From: an uncultured Pseudomonadales bacterium
GTDB lineage: Bacteria > Patescibacteriota > Microgenomatia > UBA1400 > PJMF01
Direction of reading: 5' to 3'
Assembly (NCBI GenBank): GCA_964455555.1
Contig: CAYVXV010000004.1
Coordinates: forward strand, 7,771 to 71,770
Length of the DNA stretch: 64,000 nucleotides
The notes below the pieces were generated by a model that was not told the DNA's origin, ran no database searches, and saw only the letters and a list, made by a program, of their open reading frames with translations. Position numbers and translations under genes: made by a program. Positions 8,993-17,818 of the stretch are shown one piece after another. How positions within the stretch are numbered: position 1 is the first letter of the stretch; every line of letters begins with the position of its first letter.

Positions 8993-11900
8993 TAGTTTGC
9001 TGCCAGACTACATCGGATTGCAAAATGGACGTCGGAGCATTTTTAAGGAAATCAGGCCGGTAGATAAAGACTTCCGTTGGGCTGGTATTGTGGAAAGCCC
9101 TTCCTAGTTCAGAATCATCAAAATCCCTGTTCAGCGAAACACTATTCCAGCCTACAAAACTGCCTGCCCCAATGAACTTGAGGTCAGTGGTTGAGCTGTT
9201 GTTGTCACTCTGAATAATGATGTTATTGGCAACATACACACCTTCAATATTTGCTTGGGTCCTGGGGTTATTGCTGGCAGTAATTCGGTGGCCGACATTT
9301 TGGTTGATATTAATGTTGTCCCTGACAATGAAGGCTAGGAAACCGCCCGAGGCTACCCTAATTAAACGCTCGTTGTCCGGTGTAGTGCCGCTAACACCAT
9401 CATCATCGCGGATAGTCAGGCTGCCGTCTACAAAAATAATGTACTTCTCATTGTTGGGAATCTGCCACCTTTGGGAGGCATTGGGGCTGATAGTAAGGTC
9501 TCCCTCAGTGGCAAAAATGCGGGTGGTCTTGCCGTCAGCTTCAGTGAAGTTTATTGAATATTGTGAACCAAGGTTGGTGAGCTGGGTTTGTTGGCTGTGG
9601 TCTGTGTTGGCAGGAATTTTGGTCAAGCTACTAAGGTCGTACCTAGTGCTCATAACAGTATAGTTTTCTACCGGCGCTGCACCAAAGTTAAGGTTGCGCC
9701 CGCGCCTTTCGGGGAAATTGGTTGGATTGGTTTGCCGCTGGGTCCAGCGGCTACTTGAACTGACAGAAGATGCGCCGGTTAAAGGCATGCCGGCAGTGGC
9801 AACATCAGAAACCCCCGAGGCATTAATGCCGAAGTATGGTGTGCAGGCTGATCCGGTACAGAGAGAAGTATCCGGAATGCTATTGGTGCCAAACCCTGTG
9901 CCGGCATAGAAAAGGCCGTTGGTGACCTGCCACCAAGGGTCATTAGCTAGGTTGTAGCGTTGTAGATAGAAGTTAGTGGATCCTGGTGAAGTTATGTTAT
10001 TTGACCTGGTGCAGTTGGTCAAACTGCTACCGCGGTTGCAAGGGGCGCAGACCAAAGTATCTGCGGGGTTGGGGTTGTTGATTCCAAGAGTAAGGATGAT
10101 ATTTCTGGTCCATGAGCTTGGTGCGTATGGATAGTTGTTCAGGCCGTAAGTCTGACCGCTGACACCCGAGCTCATATTACCCAGAGAGCCGATAACGCTG
10201 TTGGTTGCGTTAAGTGTTGAACCCGATTGCAAACCTGGGTTGACCAAGCCCTGAGCGTTGCCTGTACAAGTGTTGTTGGCATCAAGCACAAAGTTACCGG
10301 TTATGTTACCAGTCAAGTTAAAGTCCTCAGTCCTCCATGGAGTGGGTTGAAGGCTGCAGGTGTTGTTAACCGCCCGCACCGATACTCTCATCCGAAAACC
10401 ATGGGTTGCTGATGGTGTATATAGCTGTGATAGCGTGCTGGCAGAAACAACGGTGCAGTATTGGTTGGTTGCACAGTTGAATGATCCTGAGGTAAGTCCG
10501 GGGTTGACAGTTTGCGGGTAGATGGCAACCTCATAATTATTTGTCCTAGTTCCGCCGCTGGTCCAGTTGATTTGGACACGCTGGTCGGCATCTCCAGTCA
10601 TATTCACGTTGGTTCCTACCCTGCTTGGGGAACTAAAGCTAATTGTTGGTGTAGTCGGTACGCCAGAGTCAGTGTTGGCACAGGTGCCGCCACAGCCGTC
10701 CGGCTGGCCGCAGGCATTGGTGCAAGTGGGCGAACAAGTTACATTGATGGTTTTATTGTCTGCATTGCTGCAGGAAGTCCAGCCTGTACAAGAAGTGGTG
10801 CCCCCTTCATACGTGCAATTTGGATTACCGCTGCATTGATCGACATCACCGGGCATCTGGCAGAAGACGTTGTAAGTACCAGTGGTAGCCAGCCCGGGCA
10901 TGTTTATTGTCGAATTGCACAGGCCGGTAGCCGGGTTGGTGGTGCAACCTGTAAAGCGGTAATAGTAGATGTTGCCTGCTGAGTCATAAACCTCGGTGGA
11001 ACCTGCTGGTGTGGGAATAATCCTAGTATTGTTTTGGCGTTTTAGATAAAGTTGTGTCACTCTTCCGGCACTTAACCCTGGTTCTATCGAACCATTGACC
11101 GTTACCGGAATCTGAGCGTTTTGCTGATAATTGGTTGAGGTGGTGGAGACAGTACAGCTTTTTTTCTGGCCGCATTGGAATGGACCGTAGCTGCCGGTGC
11201 AGAGAGGCTGATCACTGAATGGATCGACAATTTGCACACTATATCCGTTGTATTGTCCGGGAGCCCATTGTTTGCCGGCGTCAAGTGTAGCAGTGCTGAA
11301 TTCACCGAAGCACTGAGCGCCCCAACAATAACCCATAGTTCCCGGTATCCAGCGGTAGTGATCCCAACGGCTGTCGGTTCCGCTAGGTGGATAGTTGGTG
11401 CCTGGACGCCAGCCGCCATCCACTGAATCATCGTAGTTTATCCTGAGAATGTGTCGGCTAGCATCTTCCTGACGTGGCCAGTAAAAGGTGCCGCTCTCAC
11501 GAGTACATAGAGGAGGTGGGGCTGGTTGGTCTGGGGAGATATAAAAAGGACTGGCACAGCGGTTTTCACGCCAGCCACCGTCATCACCCGGCCGCCAAAG
11601 GTTTGCTTGGGCAATAAAAGTGCCTTTGCCGTCTGCATCCACAGCCCGCAGTGCCGGGTCGTTGACAATGCTTGCCAAATTAATATTGCCGGAAAAGCTG
11701 TGTTGTGCGGGTCCTTCCGTTCCTTCAGGAGACAAATTAAATGTCTTGCTCCAAGATGTACCCTTTTTTACTACTGTGATACTGGCTTGATAAGCAAAAC
11801 TAGTGTCGGGAACCCTGACATTTAGGTCACCATAGTAACCACAGGCAGGTGAAGAAATAACCACTCCTTGGTTTCCACAGTTATAAAGGCCTTCCGGAGC

Positions 11901-13151
11901 AAATTGGCAACAGTCGTTGCTCCAACAAATGGACTTTCCGGTGCTTGAGTCACATGGTGTAGTACTGCCGCAGACACCTGGGTTGTCATGGCAGTTGGTG
12001 CCGCAGTTGGCATCGTGACAGGCTGGCGGTGGTGTGGCTCCCGGGGCACACTCCTGTTCTATCCAAGCCAGGCATGATTGATAGGTGGAGCGGCAAGCGT
12101 TGATACAGCCACCGCAATAAGTGGTGCCGGCTGGGCAGCCACCACCTCCACCACCGCTTGGGGGAGGCTGTTCCCATGAGCAGGTGTTAAAGAGTGGGTC
12201 TGGGCAAAAGCCGCTGCCACAGGTTGCGCCTTGAGCGTAGCAAGCGTCGGGAGAAGAGGAGCCGCCAGAGCAGGTAGACTGGGAGTAGCCTGCAGTGGTG
12301 TTACCATCGCAGATGGCTACTGATTGACAGGTGCCTGAACTACAACCGACCGTGGTCCCTGGTGAAGGACACCAACTGCCATCGGGACATCTATATGAGT
12401 ATGAGATATAAACACATGCCCATTTTCCACTACAGGCTGCATAGGCACTAGGTACAGTAAACATGCTTTTAAAATTTTGTATATATGTGTTAAAAAATGA
12501 TGATAGTCCTACCGGCTCAAGAGTAAAAAGTAAGCCCTCTGCATCTTGAAACTCAACCACTTTTTGCACTGAGGCAGTAATCATTTCATTATCTGTTAGA
12601 TTGCCACCGGCGCTTAAAAGCAAGATCTCATTGATGCTAAAAGTCCATACCATGGTCACTGTTTCTAGTGACTCACCTTCAAGCAGTTTGGGAAAGTCCT
12701 CCGACGAATAATAAATGCTGTAAACTAATGCCTGTGATTCGTTATCATAGTCTGCAGTGAAGCCACTTACGAACCAGTTGTTACTTGAACTCTGATGCAT
12801 AAGCTGAACATCTGGAGATTTTTCCCTATCTAAATAGCGAAAATAGATTTCTTTTGGAGTAATTCTTTGTGTACCTTCAAAGAGTAGAAATTCTGGCTCC
12901 TCTCTATATCCATGCTCATCAATCATTTTTGTTAACAGACTTTGATTCAATGAGTCGGATTGGATTTTGTAGAGAGGAAAATCAGAATTAATATGAATAT
13001 CTATTGAACCACTTTTAGTCTTATAGGTAAATCGTTCACCCTCTAAAGAGATTTGAGCAAGTTGTTGTTTCCAGATTAAAAATCCAGCAACTATTGAGGC
13101 GGCTAAAATAATAAAAATGACAACTAATCTGAGCAATTGAGGTTTCTGCAC
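8985..13151 (-). CDS. Giant (1388 aa) membrane-anchored Cys/Gly/Thr/Asn-rich surface protein; candidate pilus-associated adhesin
   Basis: N-terminal signal-anchor LLRLVVIFIILAASIVAGFLIW; central region extremely Cys-rich with a GGGGGG tract; low-complexity T/S/N/G repeats; C-terminal region with beta-helix-like NI/NN repeats; operonic with a pilin-like gene. Confidence 0.55.
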   Translation of the reverse strand: MQKPQLLRLVVIFIILAASIVAGFLIWKQQLAQISLEGERFTYKTKSGSIDIHINSDFPLYKIQSDSLNQSLLTKMIDEHGYREEPEFLLFEGTQRITPKEIYFRYLDREKSPDVQLMHQSSSNNWFVSGFTADYDNESQALVYSIYYSSEDFPKLLEGESLETVTMVWTFSINEILLLSAGGNLTDNEMITASVQKVVEFQDAEGLLFTLEPVGLSSFFNTYIQNFKSMFTVPSAYAACSGKWACVYISYSYRCPDGSWCPSPGTTVGCSSGTCQSVAICDGNTTAGYSQSTCSGGSSSPDACYAQGATCGSGFCPDPLFNTCSWEQPPPSGGGGGGCPAGTTYCGGCINACRSTYQSCLAWIEQECAPGATPPPACHDANCGTNCHDNPGVCGSTTPCDSSTGKSICWSNDCCQFAPEGLYNCGNQGVVISSPACGYYGDLNVRVPDTSFAYQASITVVKKGTSWSKTFNLSPEGTEGPAQHSFSGNINLASIVNDPALRAVDADGKGTFIAQANLWRPGDDGGWRENRCASPFYISPDQPAPPPLCTRESGTFYWPRQEDASRHILRINYDDSVDGGWRPGTNYPPSGTDSRWDHYRWIPGTMGYCWGAQCFGEFSTATLDAGKQWAPGQYNGYSVQIVDPFSDQPLCTGSYGPFQCGQKKSCTVSTTSTNYQQNAQIPVTVNGSIEPGLSAGRVTQLYLKRQNNTRIIPTPAGSTEVYDSAGNIYYYRFTGCTTNPATGLCNSTINMPGLATTGTYNVFCQMPGDVDQCSGNPNCTYEGGTTSCTGWTSCSNADNKTINVTCSPTCTNACGQPDGCGGTCANTDSGVPTTPTISFSSPSRVGTNVNMTGDADQRVQINWTSGGTRTNNYEVAIYPQTVNPGLTSGSFNCATNQYCTVVSASTLSQLYTPSATHGFRMRVSVRAVNNTCSLQPTPWRTEDFNLTGNITGNFVLDANNTCTGNAQGLVNPGLQSGSTLNATNSVIGSLGNMSSGVSGQTYGLNNYPYAPSSWTRNIILTLGINNPNPADTLVCAPCNRGSSLTNCTRSNNITSPGSTNFYLQRYNLANDPWWQVTNGLFYAGTGFGTNSIPDTSLCTGSACTPYFGINASGVSDVATAGMPLTGASSVSSSSRWTQRQTNPTNFPERRGRNLNFGAAPVENYTVMSTRYDLSSLTKIPANTDHSQQTQLTNLGSQYSINFTEADGKTTRIFATEGDLTISPNASQRWQIPNNEKYIIFVDGSLTIRDDDGVSGTTPDNERLIRVASGGFLAFIVRDNININQNVGHRITASNNPRTQANIEGVYVANNIIIQSDNNSSTTDLKFIGAGSFVGWNSVSLNRDFDDSELGRAFHNTSPTEVFIYRPDFLKNAPTSILQSDVVWQQTND

Positions 13152-13197
13152 TATTCCATGATATATGGTTTAAAGTCTAATAATCAAGAAGCGATTG

Positions 13198-15459
13198 TTA
13201 TTTTATTGCTCTGAGTTGTCCATCTAATTTTCGTTCTAACTGCCCCTGAATGGTGTTCTCATACCAAGCACCCTCATCTCGTGCTTCCTCTGCTGGCCAA
13301 GCTCCATCATTTAATCCAGGAATTTCAGCATATTCGCGAAGGGCTTGCTGAGCCTGTGGGGAAAAAGATAAGGATTGAAGAGTTAATAGAGGAAGGAATG
13401 GAAAGACATCACTCCTTGCAATTCCTGGCTGTTGAGATGGAAGTCTTACCACTATGAAGTATTTTTCGTTCTGCTGATCTATAACAGGAGTAAAGGCGAT
13501 GACACTAGAAGAGCCTCCTTGTTTGAGCCACAGGTTAATCTCAGCACCTTCTGCTTGGATTTTAATAGTATTGGGTCTCGCTCGATCGTAGGTGGTTCCA
13601 ATATCAACATAAATAGGGATAACTTCCTGAACAGGCAGTTCAACCTCCACATAGTTTCCCGTTTCACTGTCATAGCCGTAAACCATCCGAGTTGGCGTCT
13701 GACCTTGTTCTTTAAGATTTTTAACTTCCTCCATGTAATCACGAGCTTCTTGAATAAATTCATTAATATCTTTTTGCTTGAGATCCTCATCATTAGAGCG
13801 AACAACTCCGAGATAGTTCATTCCAATAACAAAATCTCGAAGATTTTGAGGTTCAAGTTTTCCAAGACTAGTTTTAGTATACTGAAGCATTTCTAAATCT
13901 AAGCCGCTAACCTCTGCATCATTAAACGATGACAACAATCGAATATCCACGCCAGTAAATTCAGGAGTTAACTCCACTTCATCTCCATTTTCATTGACGT
14001 AAACAAACGGATAAGGCCTACTGATTGCATCTAAAATTTCTTTGGCACTCATACCTTCAATGATTTCCCTGACTTCAACAAAGGTTGTTTCACCTGTTTC
14101 CGGCACCTCCGTTGCCGGTGGTGTAGTTGCTTCAGGTGTTGGTGGAACTGGAGAAGGTGTTTCTTCTGCTGCCGGAGTTACCGTTGGTGCAACCTGCAGC
14201 TGTTCGTCTTCGACCACATCCCGCCACTGGCCGTACTCATCAACCACTTGCACAACTACTCCATCCTTAATCCGTACTGACCTGCCCAGGGCACTTTCTA
14301 CTGCTACCCTATCTGCTTCTCCCGGAGTCAATGCCATAGCTTCGCCCTCATGCCCTGGTGTATTGGATATCCTCCAGGTGTAATCTCGGCCATAGGTTTG
14401 ATCGCCGGCGGTGATAATTGTGCCCTCAGCAACACTGACAAGATTTACAATGGTGCCATTGGCTAGGACAAACTGCTCTACGCGCACTGAAGGGCTGGTG
14501 CCCTCGGGTGACAAATAGACAATGCCTAGTTCCCCCAATTGGCGCAGGGTTTCCTCAGCGCTCTCTTGAGCCTGCTGCAGCTCTTCCCCTTCCAGGTTTT
14601 GGTTGATTATTTCAAAATCCGGTAGGTCGGTAAATCGCTGCCAGCCTTCGGGGGGCTGTTCACCGCCGCCTTCCGAAGTTGGTTCTAACTCAGGCGTTGT
14701 AGCTGGTGGTGCCTCTGTGGTTACGCCAATTGTGGGTTGGTTGTTTTCTGGCTCTACTGCCCTGCCATCGGAGCAAGCGCCGAGGGCAATAGTGGCACCA
14801 AGCAGGAGGGCTGAGATGAGCAGCCTAGCCCTTCTTAATCCCAATTTCGCTTTATTTTTAGCAGGATCCTCGTCTTGAGATTCACTCTGCTCTCCTTCAG
14901 CTTCTTCCGCTGCTGCTGCTCTAATTGCCTCCGGAGTTGTGCCCGACTCTGTAGCGGCAAACTCTATGGTCCTGATGAAAACTACACTATCAGGCAAACC
15001 CTCCGCCTGAAGTCTTTCAATCAGCCCCATTTCCTCTAGTGTGTCTATATACCCGCGAACAAAATCTTCAACCGGCAGGTGATCCTCAATTGATTGCGCT
15101 TCTAGTTTTGCAACTGCTTCTTCTAGTTTTGCATAGGCTTCGACAGTCATCAGTGGAAGCCTAATGCCTCTTTTTGCTTCAGCATACTCTGCTGTAAGCC
15201 GGATATCTGTTTCTTTGTCGCCCTCTTTATCAAGCTCAGCTATCTGCTCACCAGGTTGTAGGCTTTCCATTGCTGCAGCAAAAGGGCTAAGGTTGCCCAT
15301 GGTCTCACCCAAGTTCATTGGCTGAGGATCAACATAGCCGGGTTCTGGTCTGGCTCCGCTCAATGCTTCACGGGCACCTAAAAATCTTGGAGTCCTGGCT
15401 TCACTGTCTCCTCTTGCTTCTATTGAGAGGGGTGGATTTTGCTCTTTGGTTTCTGCCAT
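13198..15459 (-). CDS. Hypothetical exported/membrane protein with acidic N-terminal region and Pro/Thr/Glu-rich linkers
   Basis: 753-aa ORF; an internal RRARLLISALLLGATIALGAC segment looks like a lipoprotein signal with lipobox LGAC; PT-rich linkers (PTVTPAAEETPSPVPPTPEATTPPATEVPETG). Confidence 0.4.
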   Translation of the reverse strand: MAETKEQNPPLSIEARGDSEARTPRFLGAREALSGARPEPGYVDPQPMNLGETMGNLSPFAAAMESLQPGEQIAELDKEGDKETDIRLTAEYAEAKRGIRLPLMTVEAYAKLEEAVAKLEAQSIEDHLPVEDFVRGYIDTLEEMGLIERLQAEGLPDSVVFIRTIEFAATESGTTPEAIRAAAAEEAEGEQSESQDEDPAKNKAKLGLRRARLLISALLLGATIALGACSDGRAVEPENNQPTIGVTTEAPPATTPELEPTSEGGGEQPPEGWQRFTDLPDFEIINQNLEGEELQQAQESAEETLRQLGELGIVYLSPEGTSPSVRVEQFVLANGTIVNLVSVAEGTIITAGDQTYGRDYTWRISNTPGHEGEAMALTPGEADRVAVESALGRSVRIKDGVVVQVVDEYGQWRDVVEDEQLQVAPTVTPAAEETPSPVPPTPEATTPPATEVPETGETTFVEVREIIEGMSAKEILDAISRPYPFVYVNENGDEVELTPEFTGVDIRLLSSFNDAEVSGLDLEMLQYTKTSLGKLEPQNLRDFVIGMNYLGVVRSNDEDLKQKDINEFIQEARDYMEEVKNLKEQGQTPTRMVYGYDSETGNYVEVELPVQEVIPIYVDIGTTYDRARPNTIKIQAEGAEINLWLKQGGSSSVIAFTPVIDQQNEKYFIVVRLPSQQPGIARSDVFPFLPLLTLQSLSFSPQAQQALREYAEIPGLNDGAWPAEEARDEGAWYENTIQGQLERKLDGQLRAIK

Positions 15460-15741
15460 TATGCTGTCCTTTGCCTTTAAGCTTTATTTACTTCTTTAAT
15501 AGTGGATAACCTTATGTGACAACTATTATATGTTTTATCTTATAGTAAGTCGAGTTTAGCAGGAAATTAGCTAGTGGCGCAATGAGAATCAGCTCCGCTC
15601 CGCTCCAACAGCGTATTGATTTCAATTTGTCCAAACATCAGGTATTCCTATCATTATTTACGCAACTTTTTTGCCTTGCAGCATGATACAATACCGTACA
15701 ATTATTGGTCATAGCAAACTATTTAGCTGCCGAGAAAATTT

Positions 15742-16251
15742 ATGACAGCAAAAGAGGACAGAGATATTTTTTTCATGCACGAAGCTTTGCAAGAAGCAGA
15801 AAAAGCATTAGAAACCGGCAATTGGCCGGTTGGTTGTGTAATAGTACTTGATGATGAGGTTATTTCCCGCGGTTACAACCAAGTTTATTCCAGCTCAAAT
15901 AAAATCAAGCATGCGGAGATTGATGCCATCAGCAAGGTTTCCGGTGTATTAGCTGAGCGCGGGCATGAAGCCACCCTTTATGTAACTTACGAACCTTGCC
16001 CGATGTGCCTAGGAGCAATTTTACTCAATCATTTTAAAAGAGTAGTTTATGGGCCTGATTTGGATGGTACGGGTGCACTCGCCGTTAGGCCGCACCTGCC
16101 GGACAGATATAGTGAGAAAAAATATCAGTTTGAGGCCACCTCCGATGTGTTGGCTGAAGAATGCAAAACTGTTTTTTTGCAGGGCCAGCCACTGAGAAAT
16201 CACTATTATTTCCAGAGTAAAATCAAGACCAAGAGTGATAAAATAGGCTAA
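15742..16251 (+). CDS. tadA: Cytidine/deoxycytidylate-deaminase-fold zinc deaminase, TadA-like (tRNA adenosine-34 deaminase)
   Basis: HAEIDAI and PCPMCLGAI zinc-binding motifs; 169 aa; N-terminal alignment typical of TadA. Confidence 0.65.
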   Translation: MTAKEDRDIFFMHEALQEAEKALETGNWPVGCVIVLDDEVISRGYNQVYSSSNKIKHAEIDAISKVSGVLAERGHEATLYVTYEPCPMCLGAILLNHFKRVVYGPDLDGTGALAVRPHLPDRYSEKKYQFEATSDVLAEECKTVFLQGQPLRNHYYFQSKIKTKSDKIG

Positions 16252-16823
16252 TGAAAATTTACTTTTCGGTATCCTTGAGCCAGATGGATGAGCAGCTTAG
16301 GAAGAATTGCAAGCAGATAATTTCCCAGATAGAAAATCAAGGCCACACTGTTTTCAACAAAAGAATTTTGGATAAAAAACCTGATACTTATCAGGCTCAA
16401 TCAGAGAAGGAAGCCCTAAAGGCTCAGCGCGAGTTAACCAGATTAAAAAAACTTGCCGATGCAGTCTTGGTAGAAGTCTCCCGGCAGAGCTTGGGAATCG
16501 GTCAGGAAATTGCTTTGGCGCTTTCAATAAATAAGCCAGTTATTGCTCTCTATGAAAAAGGCCATCAACCTCATGTTCTGAGAGATGAAGGCAAGGAGCT
16601 TTTATTTCTCTCTCCCTATACTAAGGAAAGTCTCCAGAACGTAGTGCAGGAAGCCATCGAGTACGCCGCCGATCACCAGGATGTCCGTTTCAATTTTTTC
16701 ATTTCCCCTTCTATCGGTAACTACCTTGATTGGATTTCCAAAGAGAAAAAAATCCCGAGGTCGGTTTATCTCCGCAACCTAATAGAACAAGATATGGAAG
16801 ATAATGAGGAATTCGGCAAATAG
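16251..16823 (+). CDS. Nucleoside 2-deoxyribosyltransferase-like (NDT/DNPH1-fold) protein with possible C-terminal ribbon-helix-helix tail
   Basis: MKIYFS N-terminus; SLGIGQEIALALSINKPVIAL resembles the NDT motif D.GT.fElG.A.alGKPv; start overlaps the deaminase stop (TAATG). Confidence 0.4.
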   Translation: MKIYFSVSLSQMDEQLRKNCKQIISQIENQGHTVFNKRILDKKPDTYQAQSEKEALKAQRELTRLKKLADAVLVEVSRQSLGIGQEIALALSINKPVIALYEKGHQPHVLRDEGKELLFLSPYTKESLQNVVQEAIEYAADHQDVRFNFFISPSIGNYLDWISKEKKIPRSVYLRNLIEQDMEDNEEFGK

Positions 16824-16969
16824 GCCGATTTTTTTTCCGGTCTTGCCCCTCCTCTTTTAAAAACCCTGGTGAAACCTTGGCCGCCCCTGGTATTTTCTAC
16901 AATTTCCCGTTGCATCAGTAAGAGCCACTGGGGTATGATGAACCCAGTAACTTTAGCAGTGTCTGTCCT

Positions 16970-17791
16970 ATGCATTCAATTTTTAAATGGCAGTTATCTG
17001 GGCGGGAAAATTCCTCTGAGAGCGGTGTTGTGGCTGCAGCCGTAGCTTTGGTAGCGGTAGTCCTGCTGACCATTGGGCTTTCTCAAGGTGCTCAGGTAGC
17101 ACAAGACCTGTTTATCTCCGACCAAGAAGCTGAGTCAACTAGAGTTTTCAACGCGGCAGAAAGTGGCATTGAGGATGCCCTGTCGCAGGAGGCTCTATTT
17201 GCCCCCGATGCCGGCACTCAAACTATTAACCCAAACGTATCTGAGGGCATTGATAGCGAAGTTACTGTTACACCTCAAAATAGCCTGACTACGCGGGTGG
17301 TTCAAGGAGACACGGCGTCTGTCAAAGTCAATGGCGCTGGCAGCCTGCAAATAGACTGGTCAGATTTTGGTGTAACCGGCTGCAATGCCGCCGCTTTATT
17401 AATCTCTATTTATAAAACCACGGGCGGTGCAACAGATGTCAGATACCTATCAGCCGCTCCAACGGGCTGTTCGCTGGCGGCAAGAGTTGAGGATGGCTTT
17501 AATACAGCCAATGTAACTGCTTTGGCTTCTGGAAATTTTGCTTACCGCTATAGCTTAAGCACAGTGGCAGGAGATGAATTGGTGTTGATTAAACCTCTTT
17601 ACCAAGACACCAGCATTTCAGTTTCAGGCAGTTCATCAATTCAAGCGCATCTGATTAGGTCTGAATCAGAAACTTCAGTAGCTGCCGGTGATGATAGCCA
17701 GCAGCATCTAATCCAGGCATTGCGAACAATGCCCCGTGCTCCTAGGTTTTTAGAGTACGCGGTGTACTCAAACGGTTCTGTACAACATTAA
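16970..17791 (+). CDS. Hypothetical membrane-anchored protein, PilX-like, immediately upstream of pilMNO
   Basis: N-terminal hydrophobic helix SGVVAAAVALVAVVLLTIGLS resembling the PilX_N pattern; 273 aa; Ser/Thr-rich extracellular part. Confidence 0.35.
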   Translation: MHSIFKWQLSGRENSSESGVVAAAVALVAVVLLTIGLSQGAQVAQDLFISDQEAESTRVFNAAESGIEDALSQEALFAPDAGTQTINPNVSEGIDSEVTVTPQNSLTTRVVQGDTASVKVNGAGSLQIDWSDFGVTGCNAAALLISIYKTTGGATDVRYLSAAPTGCSLAARVEDGFNTANVTALASGNFAYRYSLSTVAGDELVLIKPLYQDTSISVSGSSSIQAHLIRSESETSVAAGDDSQQHLIQALRTMPRAPRFLEYAVYSNGSVQH

Positions 17792-17818
17792 TAGTAGTAA
17801 GTAAACTGAATACCAACT

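Noticed and set aside
9217-12307. Multiple 60-156-aa ORFs on both strands inside the giant-protein gene
   Set aside because: All are embedded in the 1388-aa reading frame. Low-complexity Cys/Gly/Thr-rich coding creates long alternative frames.
13432-14878. Plus-strand ORFs antisense to the 753-aa gene
   Set aside because: They are embedded antisense frames with low-complexity products.
15460-15741. Possible promoter elements and the short CTCCGCTCCGCTCC repeat in the divergent intergenic region
   Set aside because: Candidate -35/-10 hexamers have poor spacing, and the repeat is only about 2.5 units. This is insufficient to call a regulatory site.
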